DNA of 63,312 nt, filler included, from 4 parts of 4 records of this genome joined end to end with filler, not necessarily neighbours in it, one strand, 5' to 3'. Numbered from the whole stretch's first letter, positions 26,962 to 36,817 are shown. The notes: generated by a model from the letters alone, not told the origin. Numbers and translations are program-made.

Positions 26962-27825
26962 TCAAGCTGATTTCAGCTCGGCCATTTTCTCGGTCAGGGT
27001 CCAAAGTGCGCGGTTCAGCGATTTGTTCTGATCAATCCCGGCAACGGCGCGGGTGCGTTGACGGCGGGTGAACCCGTCAGCTGTGCGGACACGGCCAGAC
27101 AAACCGCCTTTGATGGTGTTCTCCTGAACGACGTTGAATGCTGTCCACAGATCGCTGGCCCGGTCATCGGTGCGCCGGGTGTAGAGCAACCGATCCGCAG
27201 CAACCGGTGCCTGTTTGGCGTTGTCCTTGTGCGCTTCGGGAAAACGCAATTGATGCGCCGCTTGCGCCAGAATGGTGCGCTCTGCATCAGTGACGGTGAT
27301 GCCTTTGAATTCTTCAACTTGCTCGGTGATTTCTGCGGCATCTTCCAGCACGGTGAACGCACCTTCGATCACCTCCGATGTGGCATTGCCGGAATGTCGG
27401 ACTTTCACCTCACCGAATGTATCGCCCACCATCAGGCCATTGGCACAAACAAACCGGAAGTATCCGGGGATCATCTGATACGAAGACGTGCCGTCATTGG
27501 CATTGACCAGCACGATTTCGAACGACTCGCCGTCGTTGTTGGTGATCGAGCGGTGACGCAGGCGCAGCATGTGCTTGGTGTATTCGGCTTTCCCGGCAAT
27601 CCGGGTGCGGGCCTGTTGAGCAAAGAAAGGATCGAACCCTTCCGTCCGCAGTCCGTCAAGCACATCAATGGTCGGCACTGCGACAAACTTTTCGCTGCGG
27701 CTCTCATGCGCCTCAGTCGCAAAGATCGACGGTACGGCCTTGCGCAATTCGGCGTCTGTCAGGGCCTGCCCCGTGACCAGACCGCCATTCGACATGCCCC
27801 GCATATATTTGTTGAAATAACCCAT
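26962..27825 (-). CDS. DUF932/DUF945 family protein (plasmid leading-region marker)
   Basis: PSIFATEAHESRS, TKHMLRLRH, NDGTSSYQ, FRFVCANGL and DLWTAFNVVQEN. Confidence 0.92.
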   Translation of the reverse strand: MGYFNKYMRGMSNGGLVTGQALTDAELRKAVPSIFATEAHESRSEKFVAVPTIDVLDGLRTEGFDPFFAQQARTRIAGKAEYTKHMLRLRHRSITNNDGESFEIVLVNANDGTSSYQMIPGYFRFVCANGLMVGDTFGEVKVRHSGNATSEVIEGAFTVLEDAAEITEQVEEFKGITVTDAERTILAQAAHQLRFPEAHKDNAKQAPVAADRLLYTRRTDDRASDLWTAFNVVQENTIKGGLSGRVRTADGFTRRQRTRAVAGIDQNKSLNRALWTLTEKMAELKSA

Positions 27826-27949
27826 TGTTCGATCTCCTTTGTGGTGTGACTCTTGAGGCCTGCTGCCCCTTAGTTGGTCTGGTTTTGAGCAAAGCCCTTT
27901 CGGGCGTCGTCTCTAAAACCTGCCACGTGGCGAACTCGGATGGGGGCGA

Positions 27950-28144
27950 GGCAATGCCATTCGATAGAAGTGGCGCGGGCAGGAGGCGCAGCCGACAACA
28001 CGGTTCTATCTAATGGGGTTGCCCGAGGGGGAAGGCTGCGCCTTCACCCTGACGGCGCAGCGGCGTATCGCGCTCGTCCGAACCCCAAGCCCAATAAGGA
28101 ATGGCAAAGGATCTTTGATCCTGCGCGAGCGCAAAAGGCGCAGC
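27950..28144. promoter_or_regulatory. Highly structured non-coding region, candidate ssDNA promoter (Frpo/ssi-like)
   Basis: Stems 27950-27969/28004-28023 (17 of 20 complementary), 28035-28044/28135-28144 (10 of 10) and GCGCTCG/CGAGCGC; lies upstream of DUF932. Confidence 0.55.
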
Positions 28145-28401
28145 AAACGATCGTTACCCGAACGGGCAGATCACCGCGGCCTCCGGCGACCATGCCGCAA
28201 AGACCAGGCACCGGCTCAGTGAGACGGGGCACGGGCTATTGCGGCAGGGAGGACGAGGTTGGGGTGTTCTGGGTGTAAGCCGGCCTGCCGGCTGGAACCT
28301 GGAGCGCGGTCACTAGCCGAAGGCGCAGGGATTTGCCCTATTGTTGAGCGTCAGATAACTTTGACCATCACGTCACAATATTAACCCAAAATGGAAAACC
28401 G

Positions 28402-28474
28402 GACCTTCGCGCAAGATGCAGCGAAGGTGTCAAAAGAGCCCAATTTACCGAATGCTGCACCCTGCACGAAGGTC
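28402..28474. repeat. Imperfect palindromic intergenic element
   Basis: GACCTTCGCGCAAGATGCAGC pairs with GCTGCACCCTGCACGAAGGTC (18 of 21); nested alternative stem ACCTTCGC/GCGAAGGT. Confidence 0.55.
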
Positions 28475-28497
28475 GGCTTTGCCGCCATTGTCCATAA

Positions 28498-29394
28498 TCA
28501 CGACAAGCATTCTGCTACTTCCCTGACCTGATCAATGAAAGCTCTTTGTTTGACCGTTGCGCCACGGCGGCTAGGGTAGATAGCAGACAGTGTCGCGCCA
28601 GAAGCATGCCAATCTGGCAGGACTGCAGAAAGTAGGTCGGATGCGCACTCTGCATGCACAGCGTAGGCTGGAAGCATCGCCACACCGCCCCCTGCGATTG
28701 CCAAATTTCTAAGTGTTAGAAAATCGTTGGCGACGACCGCGCCCCGTATCGCGATTTCTTCAAAGTCTTCGTCCCGTTTTAGTTTCCACCGTGCGGTTTT
28801 AACGCCGGTGCGCATAATCAGGCACCGATGGTGTTGCAAATCCTTGGGTGAACGCAGCTTGCTCGACTTGCGCAAATAGTTGGGGCTAGCATAGAGGCCA
28901 AATGGAAACGTCCCAATGGCTTGCGACATCATCGAGGAGTCTGCATTTTCACCAATGCGGAATGCCAGATCAAAGCCGTCCTCAATCAGATTTGCCCGTG
29001 TGTTCGTCAGCTCCAAAATGACCTGTACTTTGGGGAACTGTTGACCATAAGCCGCAATCGCAGGTGCTATGATTTGCTGTCCGACCAAAACCGATGCAGA
29101 AACCCGCAATTCTCCCGTTGGCTCCCCCAAACTTGTTTCAACAACGGCGTCGGCTGCATTCGCCTCATCTACCATCAAACGGCAGTAATCGGCGTAACAG
29201 ACACCAATCGATGTCAAACGACTGCTGCGGGTATTGCGTTCAATCAATTGAACACCGAGACGGTCTTCCAGTCGCGCGAGCCTGCGGCTAACGTTTGACT
29301 TTGGAAGCTTCAACGTTTTGGCCGCACCTGTAATGCTGCCTGCCTGCGCAATGGCGGCAAAAGTCGCTAAATCGTTCAAATCACGTTGTTCCAT
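28498..29394 (-). CDS. LysR-family regulator (CrgA/DmlR-like)
   Basis: N-terminal HTH, LIERNTR and LIEDGFDLAFRIG. Confidence 0.95.
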   Translation of the reverse strand: MEQRDLNDLATFAAIAQAGSITGAAKTLKLPKSNVSRRLARLEDRLGVQLIERNTRSSRLTSIGVCYADYCRLMVDEANAADAVVETSLGEPTGELRVSASVLVGQQIIAPAIAAYGQQFPKVQVILELTNTRANLIEDGFDLAFRIGENADSSMMSQAIGTFPFGLYASPNYLRKSSKLRSPKDLQHHRCLIMRTGVKTARWKLKRDEDFEEIAIRGAVVANDFLTLRNLAIAGGGVAMLPAYAVHAECASDLLSAVLPDWHASGATLSAIYPSRRGATVKQRAFIDQVREVAECLS

Positions 29395-29491
29395 ATTTAG
29401 AACTCTCTTTTGCTATTTTGCACAATTGATCCACTGAAAGAACAGTCTCATATTCCATTCAAGTAATGCAACACGCTTGATTGGAAACGTT

Positions 29492-30184
29492 ATGACATCG
29501 CAAAACCTGGAAATCCTGCACCGTGATGCGCTCACTCAAGGCGGCTTTGCCGGTTTGAAAGAGCACCGCCTTGTTACCGGAAAAAAGCTTTGGGGCGACC
29601 GCGCTAATCCGGACGCATGGGACGGTCTCGGCAACTTTGTCTATTTGGCTGATGCGCAGTTCGATCCCAAAGGCGAAACCACAATGCATCCCCATAAAGA
29701 GATCGACGTTATCTCTGTCATGGTCGAAGGCCGCGTTGCGCATCAGGGGTCTTTGGAACATGGCGGCTCACTCGATACGAATGACGCACAAGTGCAGCGG
29801 GCTGGGGGCGAAGGGTTCAAGCATAACGAGGTGAACCCCGATGAAACCAAGAACCGTATGCTGCAACTTTGGGTCATGCCCGAAGAGGAAGGCGAGCCAG
29901 CCGGATACAAAAAGTTTAGCCCAACATGGGGCGAGACGGTTCGCATTTATGGTGGCACATCGGCTGACACGCAGTCTTTCGCGGCTCAGACAACCATTGA
30001 TGTGGCGATGCTTTCTGCAGGCCAATCCATTGAACTGACAACCCCGTATTTGGCTTACGTCGCCAAGGGAGACGGGCAGTTTGAGACAACGGATTTGACG
30101 GGTGGCGATTTGATCCGAGGCGGCGATGGCACATTCACAGCCACAACAGACGTTCAATTCATTCTTGTCAGCTCACTTCCATAA
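29492..30184 (+). CDS. Pirin family protein
   Basis: MHPHKEID, AGGEGFKHNE and MLQLW. Confidence 0.9.
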   Translation: MTSQNLEILHRDALTQGGFAGLKEHRLVTGKKLWGDRANPDAWDGLGNFVYLADAQFDPKGETTMHPHKEIDVISVMVEGRVAHQGSLEHGGSLDTNDAQVQRAGGEGFKHNEVNPDETKNRMLQLWVMPEEEGEPAGYKKFSPTWGETVRIYGGTSADTQSFAAQTTIDVAMLSAGQSIELTTPYLAYVAKGDGQFETTDLTGGDLIRGGDGTFTATTDVQFILVSSLP

Positions 30185-30213
30185 CCGACAAAATCTCAAG
30201 AAAGGACTCTACC

Positions 30214-30852
30214 ATGTCTAACAAATTCTCAGAATTCCTGACCCCAGATAACGCTGTATTGGCAATGATCGACCACCAAACTGGCCTGCTTGCTAGTGTT
30301 CGAGACATCCAACCGGAAACTCTGCGTAAGAACATCAATGGCTTAACCAACATGGCCAATACCGCAGGTATTCCATCGGTTGTAACTGCATCTTTGGCAG
30401 ATGGTCCTAATGGCCCAATTTTGTCAGACATCACCAATGTACTTGGCGATACTGTGATTAACCGTTCCGGCGAAATCAACGCGTGGGATTCACCGGAGTT
30501 CAAAGCCGCAATTGAGGCAACAGGCCGAAAGAAAATCATCATGGCGGGTATCGTCACCGATGTTTGCTTGCTGTTTCCTGCCTTGTCAGCAGTCGCAGAA
30601 GGTTACGACGTTTATGCTGTCGTCGATGCCTCTGGAACATGGGACGAAGTAACCCGCGATGCAGCCATGATGCGTATGAGCCAAGCTGATGTGAAGGTTA
30701 CAACATGGGCATCTGTATTGGCTGAAGTCATGAACGACTGGCGCTCTGAGCACGGATACCCACTTGGCGGCGTTCTGGGCGGGCACACAGCCTACGGTTT
30801 GGTTTATGAGAGCTACCTTGCCACGCAACCAAAAACAGAAGCTGCTGAATAG
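30214..30852 (+). CDS. Isochorismatase-family hydrolase, YcaC-like
   Basis: IDHQTGL, GPNGP, GEINAWD and AGIVTDVC. Confidence 0.92.
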   Translation: MSNKFSEFLTPDNAVLAMIDHQTGLLASVRDIQPETLRKNINGLTNMANTAGIPSVVTASLADGPNGPILSDITNVLGDTVINRSGEINAWDSPEFKAAIEATGRKKIIMAGIVTDVCLLFPALSAVAEGYDVYAVVDASGTWDEVTRDAAMMRMSQADVKVTTWASVLAEVMNDWRSEHGYPLGGVLGGHTAYGLVYESYLATQPKTEAAE

Positions 30853-30904
30853 CTGCATCAACCCCTGTGACGGTGTCACCGGGGAACCAAACTAGGAGGC
30901 GAAA

Positions 30905-31603
30905 ATGGCTGGAAAATTGATTGATGGTGTTTGGACGCGTGAAGGCGACATTCTGGCGTCAGAAGACGGGCATTATCGCCGTCAGGAAACTGATTTCCGC
31001 AACTGGATATCACCCGAACCCGGTGCAAAGTTCGCGCCTGAAATTGGCAGATATCACCTTTACGTCTGTTATGCCTGCCCGTGGGCACACCGTACATTGA
31101 TCATGCGCAGCCTGAAAGGGCTGGAAGATGCGATTTCTATCTCGCCAGTTTCGCCTATCGTCAATCAGGACGGCTGGGAGTTCACCGATGCTGATGGTGG
31201 GTTTCCCGATCACCTATCTGGAAAAAAGTATCTGCACGAAATCTACACACTTGCCGACCCGACTTATACAGGTCGCGTCAGCGTGCCAGTCCTGTGGGAC
31301 AAAAAGTTGAACACCATTGTGAGCAATGAATCCGCTGAGATTGCGCGAATGTTGAATTCGGCCTTCGTTGGCATTGCGGGCAATGACACCGATTTTGCAC
31401 CCGAGGCGCTTTTGGCGGAAATCGACGAAGTGAATGACCTCGTTTACAGCAAAATCAACAACGGCGTGTACCGATGCGGGTTCGCTGGAACCCAAGCCGC
31501 GTATGAAGAAGCGGTCACCGATCTGTTCTCGGCATTGGACACGGTTGAGGCGCGACTGGAAGGCAGCGGTTATCCGGCATTATGGAGCAAACTCACCAAA
31601 TAA
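30905..31603 (+). pseudogene. yqjG: Glutathionyl-hydroquinone reductase (YqjG-like GST), 3-prime truncated
   Basis: CPWAHR, VPVLWDKK and NNGVYRCGFA; stops at 232 aa and lacks the conserved C-terminal third. Confidence 0.8.
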
Positions 31604-31604
31604 G
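31576..31604. mobile_element. Probable insertion-sequence terminus interrupting yqjG
   Basis: Protein similarity stops at GGCATTATGGAGC..., 29 nt before the contig break. Confidence 0.45.
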
Positions 31605-31704
31605 NNNNNNNNNNNNNNNNNNNNNNNNNNNNNNNNNNNNNNNNNNNNTTAATTAATTAANNNNNNNNNNNNNNNNNNNNNNNNNNNNNNNNNNNNNNNN
31701 NNNN
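31605..31704. other. Artificial contig linker
   Basis: N44-TTAATTAATTAA-N44, giving stops in all frames. Confidence 0.99.
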
Positions 31705-31705
31705 C

Positions 31706-32158
31706 TACGAAGGCACCAACGGCATTCAGGCGATCGACCTCGTAAGCCGCAAGTTGCCCCTCGGCAACGGCGAGGTCGCGCGCGGCTTCATCGCGGAAAT
31801 GCGCGAGACGGCGAGAGAGGCGCGCTCGTCCAACGACAAGGTGCTGACAGGCATTGGCGCGGCGCTCGACGACGCGCTCGACACGCTCTGCAAGGCGACG
31901 GACTACATGCTCGCGAATTTGAAATCCGCGCCGAACGACTGCCTCGCTGGCGCGTCGCCCTATCTCCGCCTCTTCGGAACCGCGGCGGGCGGCCACTACC
32001 TCGCCAGCGCCGCGTTGCGCGGCAAGAACGCGGCACGCCTCTCGCTCGCGCAATTTTACGCCGCCAACGTGCTCCCCACGGTGCATGGTCTTCTCGGCCC
32101 CGCCACGGCCGGCGCGGAAAGCCTGCACGCCCCCGATTCCGCTATCTTCGCGGACTGA
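31706..32158 (+). CDS. Acyl-CoA dehydrogenase, C-terminal fragment (contig edge)
   Basis: YEGTNGIQAIDLVSRKL at the contig start. Confidence 0.9.
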   Translation, partial: YEGTNGIQAIDLVSRKLPLGNGEVARGFIAEMRETAREARSSNDKVLTGIGAALDDALDTLCKATDYMLANLKSAPNDCLAGASPYLRLFGTAAGGHYLASAALRGKNAARLSLAQFYAANVLPTVHGLLGPATAGAESLHAPDSAIFAD

Positions 32159-32282
32159 ACGCGTCCTCTTTCCCCAGCGTCAGACTGTCCTCCGCGCGCC
32201 CTCGTTTGACCTCGCCCGGCCGTGCGCCTATCACGGAAGGGCACCCCGCTGCCCTTTTGCGGTCCCCGGTTCGAGAGTTCAG

Positions 32283-33338
32283 ATGTCCGACGTTTCCCAG
32301 GCGACCATTGAAAGCCGTGGCCTAAGCTACCCATTCGACAGGGTGCCTGAGCCTGCGGAAATGATGGAAGCCGCCCCCGGCATCTGGTGGGTGCGCATGC
32401 CGCTCCCGTTTCAGCTCGACCACATCAATCTTTGGCTGATCGAGGATGGCGAGGGCTGGACGGTCGTCGATACCGGCGTTGCCTCCGACGAAGTGAAGTC
32501 GCTCTGGCGTGAGGTCTTCAAGACCGGCCTTCGCGGCAAGCCCGTCACCGGCCTCATCGTCACCCATCTCCATCCCGATCATGTCGGCCTCGCGGGCTGG
32601 TTCAGCCGCAAGTGGGGCGTCGATCTTCATATGTCGCGCACCGACTTCCTGATGTGCAAGACGCTCGTGCTCGACACCGGCCGCGACGCGCCGCAGGAGG
32701 CGCTGGATTTCTACCGCGCCGCCGGGTTCAGCGAGCGCGGCGTCGAAAGCTATCGCCAGCGTTTCGGCGGCTTCGGCAAGGGCGTGTCGCGCCTGCCCGA
32801 TATTTTCCGTCGCCTGCGCGAAGGCGATGAGCTCGAAATCGGCGGCCGCACCTGGCGTGTCGTCGTCGGCTCCGGCCACGCACCGGAGCATGTCTGCCTC
32901 TATTGCGAGGAAGGAAAAATCCTCATCTCCGGCGATCAGGTTCTGCCGAGGATATCTTCCAATGTCAGCGTCCATCCGACGGAAGCCTACGAGAACCCGC
33001 TCGAAGACTGGATCGACAGTTGCAAGCGCCTTCGCGACACGCTGCCGGACGACGTTCTTGTCCTGCCCGCGCATAACGAACCCTTCTACGGCCTTCACAC
33101 GCGCCTGACGCAGTTGATCGACGGCCACGAAGACGGCCTCGCCAAACTCCGCGCCATGCTGGCCGAACCGAAACGCGCCATCGACGTTTTCCCCGCTCTC
33201 TTCAAGCGCAAGATCGGCCCGGAAGTCTTCTTCATGGCGACCGGCGAAAGCCTCGCCCACCTGAACTGCCTGCTCGGCCGCGGCCTCGCAACGGTCAGCC
33301 GCGACGAAAACGGCGTGAACTGGTACAGCCGCGCGTAA
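32283..33338 (+). CDS. MBL-fold metallo-hydrolase
   Basis: THLHPDHVG, GHAPEH, SGDQVL and LPAH. Confidence 0.93.
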   Translation: MSDVSQATIESRGLSYPFDRVPEPAEMMEAAPGIWWVRMPLPFQLDHINLWLIEDGEGWTVVDTGVASDEVKSLWREVFKTGLRGKPVTGLIVTHLHPDHVGLAGWFSRKWGVDLHMSRTDFLMCKTLVLDTGRDAPQEALDFYRAAGFSERGVESYRQRFGGFGKGVSRLPDIFRRLREGDELEIGGRTWRVVVGSGHAPEHVCLYCEEGKILISGDQVLPRISSNVSVHPTEAYENPLEDWIDSCKRLRDTLPDDVLVLPAHNEPFYGLHTRLTQLIDGHEDGLAKLRAMLAEPKRAIDVFPALFKRKIGPEVFFMATGESLAHLNCLLGRGLATVSRDENGVNWYSRA

Positions 33339-33379
33339 TCTGCGGTTCGTTGACACTCTCCCGACTCGAAGAGGTCTCG

Positions 33380-33826
33380 ATGCAGGCCTACAGCTATCGG
33401 CAGGATTCCGCCGTTCCCGATTTTCCGGACGACCGCCCCATCATCATTTTCGACGGTCACTGCACGCTCTGCTCCGGCTGGGCGCGCTTCGTGCTGCGGC
33501 ATGATCCGGCAGGCCGCTACAGGCTGTTGCCCGCGCAATCCGCGCTCGGCCATGCGCTCTACGTGCATTACGGCCTCGATCCCGAGGATTATCAGACGAA
33601 CATCCTGATCGAAGAGGGCAGGGCGTGGTTCAAATCCGAAGGATCGATCCGCATGGCCGAGGGGCTCGGCTTTCCTTGGTCTCTGGCTGCGTCCTTTCGT
33701 CTCCTCCCGCTGCCCGTCAGGGACTGGCTCTATGAGTGGGTCGCGCGAAACCGCCTGCGGTTTTTTGGAAGGCGGGAGGTCTGTTATCGCGGCGAAAGTG
33801 GCTACGAGGACAGATTTATTCCTTAG
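33380..33826 (+). CDS. DCC-family thiol-disulfide oxidoreductase (YuxK-like)
   Basis: FDGHCTLC and YEWVARNR. Confidence 0.92.
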   Translation: MQAYSYRQDSAVPDFPDDRPIIIFDGHCTLCSGWARFVLRHDPAGRYRLLPAQSALGHALYVHYGLDPEDYQTNILIEEGRAWFKSEGSIRMAEGLGFPWSLAASFRLLPLPVRDWLYEWVARNRLRFFGRREVCYRGESGYEDRFIP

Positions 33827-33841
33827 GAGCGCTGATACGGC

Positions 33842-35536
33842 ATGACGGCAACTCGCACGAAGGTTCTCGTCGTCGGCGGCTACGGCACGTTTGGCGGCCG
33901 TCTCGTGAAGCTGCTGTTGAACGAGCCCCGTCTGACCCTTGTCGTTGCCGGGCGCTCGCATGAAAGCGCCTCCCGCTTCTGCCGCGACGCTGGGGCCGCG
34001 GCGGCCGAACTAGTTCCCGCCCGGTTCGACAGGGAAGGCGACCTTGACGCCCAGCTCGCGACGATCGCTCCCAATATCGTCGTCGATGCCACAGGTCCTT
34101 ATCAGGCCTATGGCGACGCCCCTTACCGGCTGGTGGAAGCGGCGATCAGGCATGGCGCTCACTATCTCGATCTGGCCGACGGGTCGGATTTCGTTCGTGG
34201 CATCAATGCGTTCGACGGCGAGGCGAAGGCGCGCGGTGTCTTTGTTCTCTCCGGCGTCAGCAGTTTTCCCGTTCTCACGGCGGCTGTCTTGCGTGAGATC
34301 GCCCGCGACGTGCCGCAGATCGAAGACGTGACGGCAGGCATCGCACCCTCGCCTTATGCTGGCGTCGGCCTCAACGTGATCCGCGCCATTGCAGGGTATG
34401 CAGGACAGAAGGCGAAACTGACGCGGGAGGGGCAGTGGACGGAAGGCTACGCGCTCGCCGAGACGATGCGGTTCACCGTTTCTCCACCGGGGCGCCTTCC
34501 GCTGCACAGCACGCATTTCTCGCTGGTCGACGTGCCGGACCTGCAACTTGTTCCCGATCTGATGCCCGATATCCGCACCCTCTGGGTCGGCGCCGGTCCC
34601 GTGCCGGAAGTTCTGCATCGCATGCTGAACATGCTCGCCTGGCTTGTGCGCTGGCGCGTCATTCCATCCCTCTCTCCTTTTGCCGGGCTCTTTTATCGGG
34701 CGATCAACATTCTGCGCTGGGGTGAACATCGCGGCGGCATGTTCGTCTGCGCGCGCGGAGAGAACGGCTTGGGACAGCAGATAGAGCATTCATGGCACAT
34801 GCTTGCCGAGGCGGATGACGGCCCTTTCATCCCGTCAATGGCGATAGAGGGGATAATTCGCAAGTTGCTGGATGGCGAGACGCCGCTGCCCGGCGCCCGC
34901 CCCGCGACCGATGCGCTTTCGCTTGCCGATTACGAAAACCTGTTTGCGGCGCGCGACATTCATTTCGGTTGGCGCCGCAGCGAACCCGGCGACGCGGAAA
35001 TGCCGCTCTACCGGCGCATGCTCGGCGATGCGTGGGACGATCTGCCGGAACCTGTAAAGGCTATGCATGACAGCCGGACGTCGCATCGCGCTGAGGGCTT
35101 CGCCAGCGTGGAGCGCGGAAGGGGATTTCTGAGCCGTCTCACGGGCGGTCTCTTCCGTTTTCCGGACAATGCGGATGATATTCCCGTTTCCGTTACTTTC
35201 GAGGTTGGACGGAATTGCGAAATCTGGCGCCGGACTTTCGGCAGGCATTCCTTCTCAAGCACACAATACGCAGGACGTGGGCGGTCTCGGTGGCTGATTT
35301 GCGAAAGGTTTGGCCTCCTGACCTTCGGCCTGGCGCTTGTTTTCAACGAGGGGAGGTTGCATTTCGTCGTGAGGAAATGGAGCCTCGCGGGCGTGCCGTT
35401 GCCTCTATTCCTCGCCCCCGCCAGCCGGTCTTTCGAGAGCGCCGAAGACGGCAGGTTCCACTTCGATGTCGAGATTTCTCACCGGCTCACGGGTCTGATC
35501 GTCCGCTATCGCGGCTGGCTGGAGCCGAAACCATGA
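33842..35536 (+). CDS. Saccharopine-dehydrogenase-like Rossmann domain fused to DUF4166
   Basis: GGYGTFG, DATGPYQ and HYLDLAD; C-terminal EIWRRTFG, ERFG and YRGWL. Confidence 0.85.
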   Translation: MTATRTKVLVVGGYGTFGGRLVKLLLNEPRLTLVVAGRSHESASRFCRDAGAAAAELVPARFDREGDLDAQLATIAPNIVVDATGPYQAYGDAPYRLVEAAIRHGAHYLDLADGSDFVRGINAFDGEAKARGVFVLSGVSSFPVLTAAVLREIARDVPQIEDVTAGIAPSPYAGVGLNVIRAIAGYAGQKAKLTREGQWTEGYALAETMRFTVSPPGRLPLHSTHFSLVDVPDLQLVPDLMPDIRTLWVGAGPVPEVLHRMLNMLAWLVRWRVIPSLSPFAGLFYRAINILRWGEHRGGMFVCARGENGLGQQIEHSWHMLAEADDGPFIPSMAIEGIIRKLLDGETPLPGARPATDALSLADYENLFAARDIHFGWRRSEPGDAEMPLYRRMLGDAWDDLPEPVKAMHDSRTSHRAEGFASVERGRGFLSRLTGGLFRFPDNADDIPVSVTFEVGRNCEIWRRTFGRHSFSSTQYAGRGRSRWLICERFGLLTFGLALVFNEGRLHFVVRKWSLAGVPLPLFLAPASRSFESAEDGRFHFDVEISHRLTGLIVRYRGWLEPKP

Positions 35537-35582
35537 CCGGGTTCCCTTGCGCCGCCTCGCCCCGATCGCCTATGACCTGTTC

Positions 35583-36512
35583 ATGACCACACTTCTCGTA
35601 ACCCATTCCGCCTGCCTCGAACACGAGACGCCGCCCGGCCATCCCGAATGCGTGGAGCGGTTGCACGCGGTGATGGGCGCGCTCGAAGCGGAGGAATTCG
35701 CGCTATTGCGCCGCGACGAGGCGCCCCGCGCGAGCCGCGAGCAGATCGCGCGCGTTCATCCCGAAAGCCATATCGAGCGCATCGAAAGTTCCGCCCCCGA
35801 GACCGGCTTCCACCGCATCGACGCCGACACAGCCATGTCGCCTGGGTCGCTTGAAGCGGCTTATCGCGCGGCGGGTGCCGTCGTCCACGCCGTCGATGAG
35901 GTGATGGCGGGGAGCGTTCGCAACGGTTTCTGCGCGGTGCGCCCGCCCGGTCATCACGCGGAGCCGGAAACCCCGATGGGCTTCTGCCTCTTCAACAACA
36001 TCGCCATCGGCGCGCTGCATGCACGCGCGGCGCATGGCTGCGAGCGCGTGGCCGTGATCGACTTCGACGTGCATCACGGAAACGGCACGCAGGCCGCTTT
36101 CGAATGCGATCCCTCGCTGCTCTACATCTCCACGCATCAATGGCCGCTTTATCCCGGCACGGGCAGGGCGAGCGAGCACGGCCTCGGCAACATCTACAAC
36201 CGTTGCCTCCAGCCCGGTGCGGGATCGGATGAATTCCGCGCCGCGATCTCCGATGCGGTTATCCCCGTGCTCGACCAATTCCGCCCCGATTTCATCTTCA
36301 TTTCGGCGGGTTTCGATGCGCATATGGCGGACCCGCTCGCGAATCTGTGTCTCACCGACGAGGATTTCGGCTGGGCGACCGCCGAACTGATGAAAGCCGC
36401 AGACAGGCTTTGTGGCGGCCGCGTTGTCTCCGCTCTCGAGGGGGGATATGACTTGGAAGCGCTGGCGGCGAGCGCGAGGGCGCATGTGAAAGCGCTCATG
36501 CTGGCCGCCTGA
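35583..36512 (+). CDS. Histone deacetylase family amidohydrolase
   Basis: GHPE, RPPGHHA, DFDVHHGNGT, SAGFDAH and LEGGY. Confidence 0.96.
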   Translation: MTTLLVTHSACLEHETPPGHPECVERLHAVMGALEAEEFALLRRDEAPRASREQIARVHPESHIERIESSAPETGFHRIDADTAMSPGSLEAAYRAAGAVVHAVDEVMAGSVRNGFCAVRPPGHHAEPETPMGFCLFNNIAIGALHARAAHGCERVAVIDFDVHHGNGTQAAFECDPSLLYISTHQWPLYPGTGRASEHGLGNIYNRCLQPGAGSDEFRAAISDAVIPVLDQFRPDFIFISAGFDAHMADPLANLCLTDEDFGWATAELMKAADRLCGGRVVSALEGGYDLEALAASARAHVKALMLAA

Positions 36513-36542
36513 ACCCCGCCATACCGCGACAGGGAGTGGATC

Positions 36543-36803
36543 ATGTCCGCCGCCAAAGCCGATGCACACAAGGATATCGAGAAGCTGAACTTCGAGGATG
36601 CGCTGGCGCAACTCGAAAAGATCGTCGGCCAGCTCGAATCCGGCGAAGCGCCGCTCGAAAAATCCATCGAACTCTATGAGCGCGGCACGGCGCTGAAAGC
36701 GCATTGCGAGGCACGCCTGAAAGCCGCGGAAGCCAAGGTCGAGAAGATCACGCTCTCGGCCTCGGGCGAGCCCTCCGGCACCGAACCGCTCGACGTCGGC
36801 TGA
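36543..36803 (+). CDS. xseB: Exodeoxyribonuclease VII small subunit
   Basis: [18 protein letters not shown]; xseB-ispA-dxs synteny. Confidence 0.96.
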   Translation: MSAAKADAHKDIEKLNFEDALAQLEKIVGQLESGEAPLEKSIELYERGTALKAHCEARLKAAEAKVEKITLSASGEPSGTEPLDVG

Positions 36804-36817
36804 CGCGGGGCGGGTCC

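Noticed and set aside
31649-31660. Repeated TTAATTAATTAA palindrome (also at 38170 and 57709)
   Set aside because: Centred in identical N-runs; a synthetic linker, not biology.
32283-33338. MBL-fold gene as a beta-lactamase, and the APH gene at 38285 as aminoglycoside resistance
   Set aside because: The MBL has no signal peptide and follows an acyl-CoA dehydrogenase; the kinase has ACAD10/11-type motifs. Both look metabolic.
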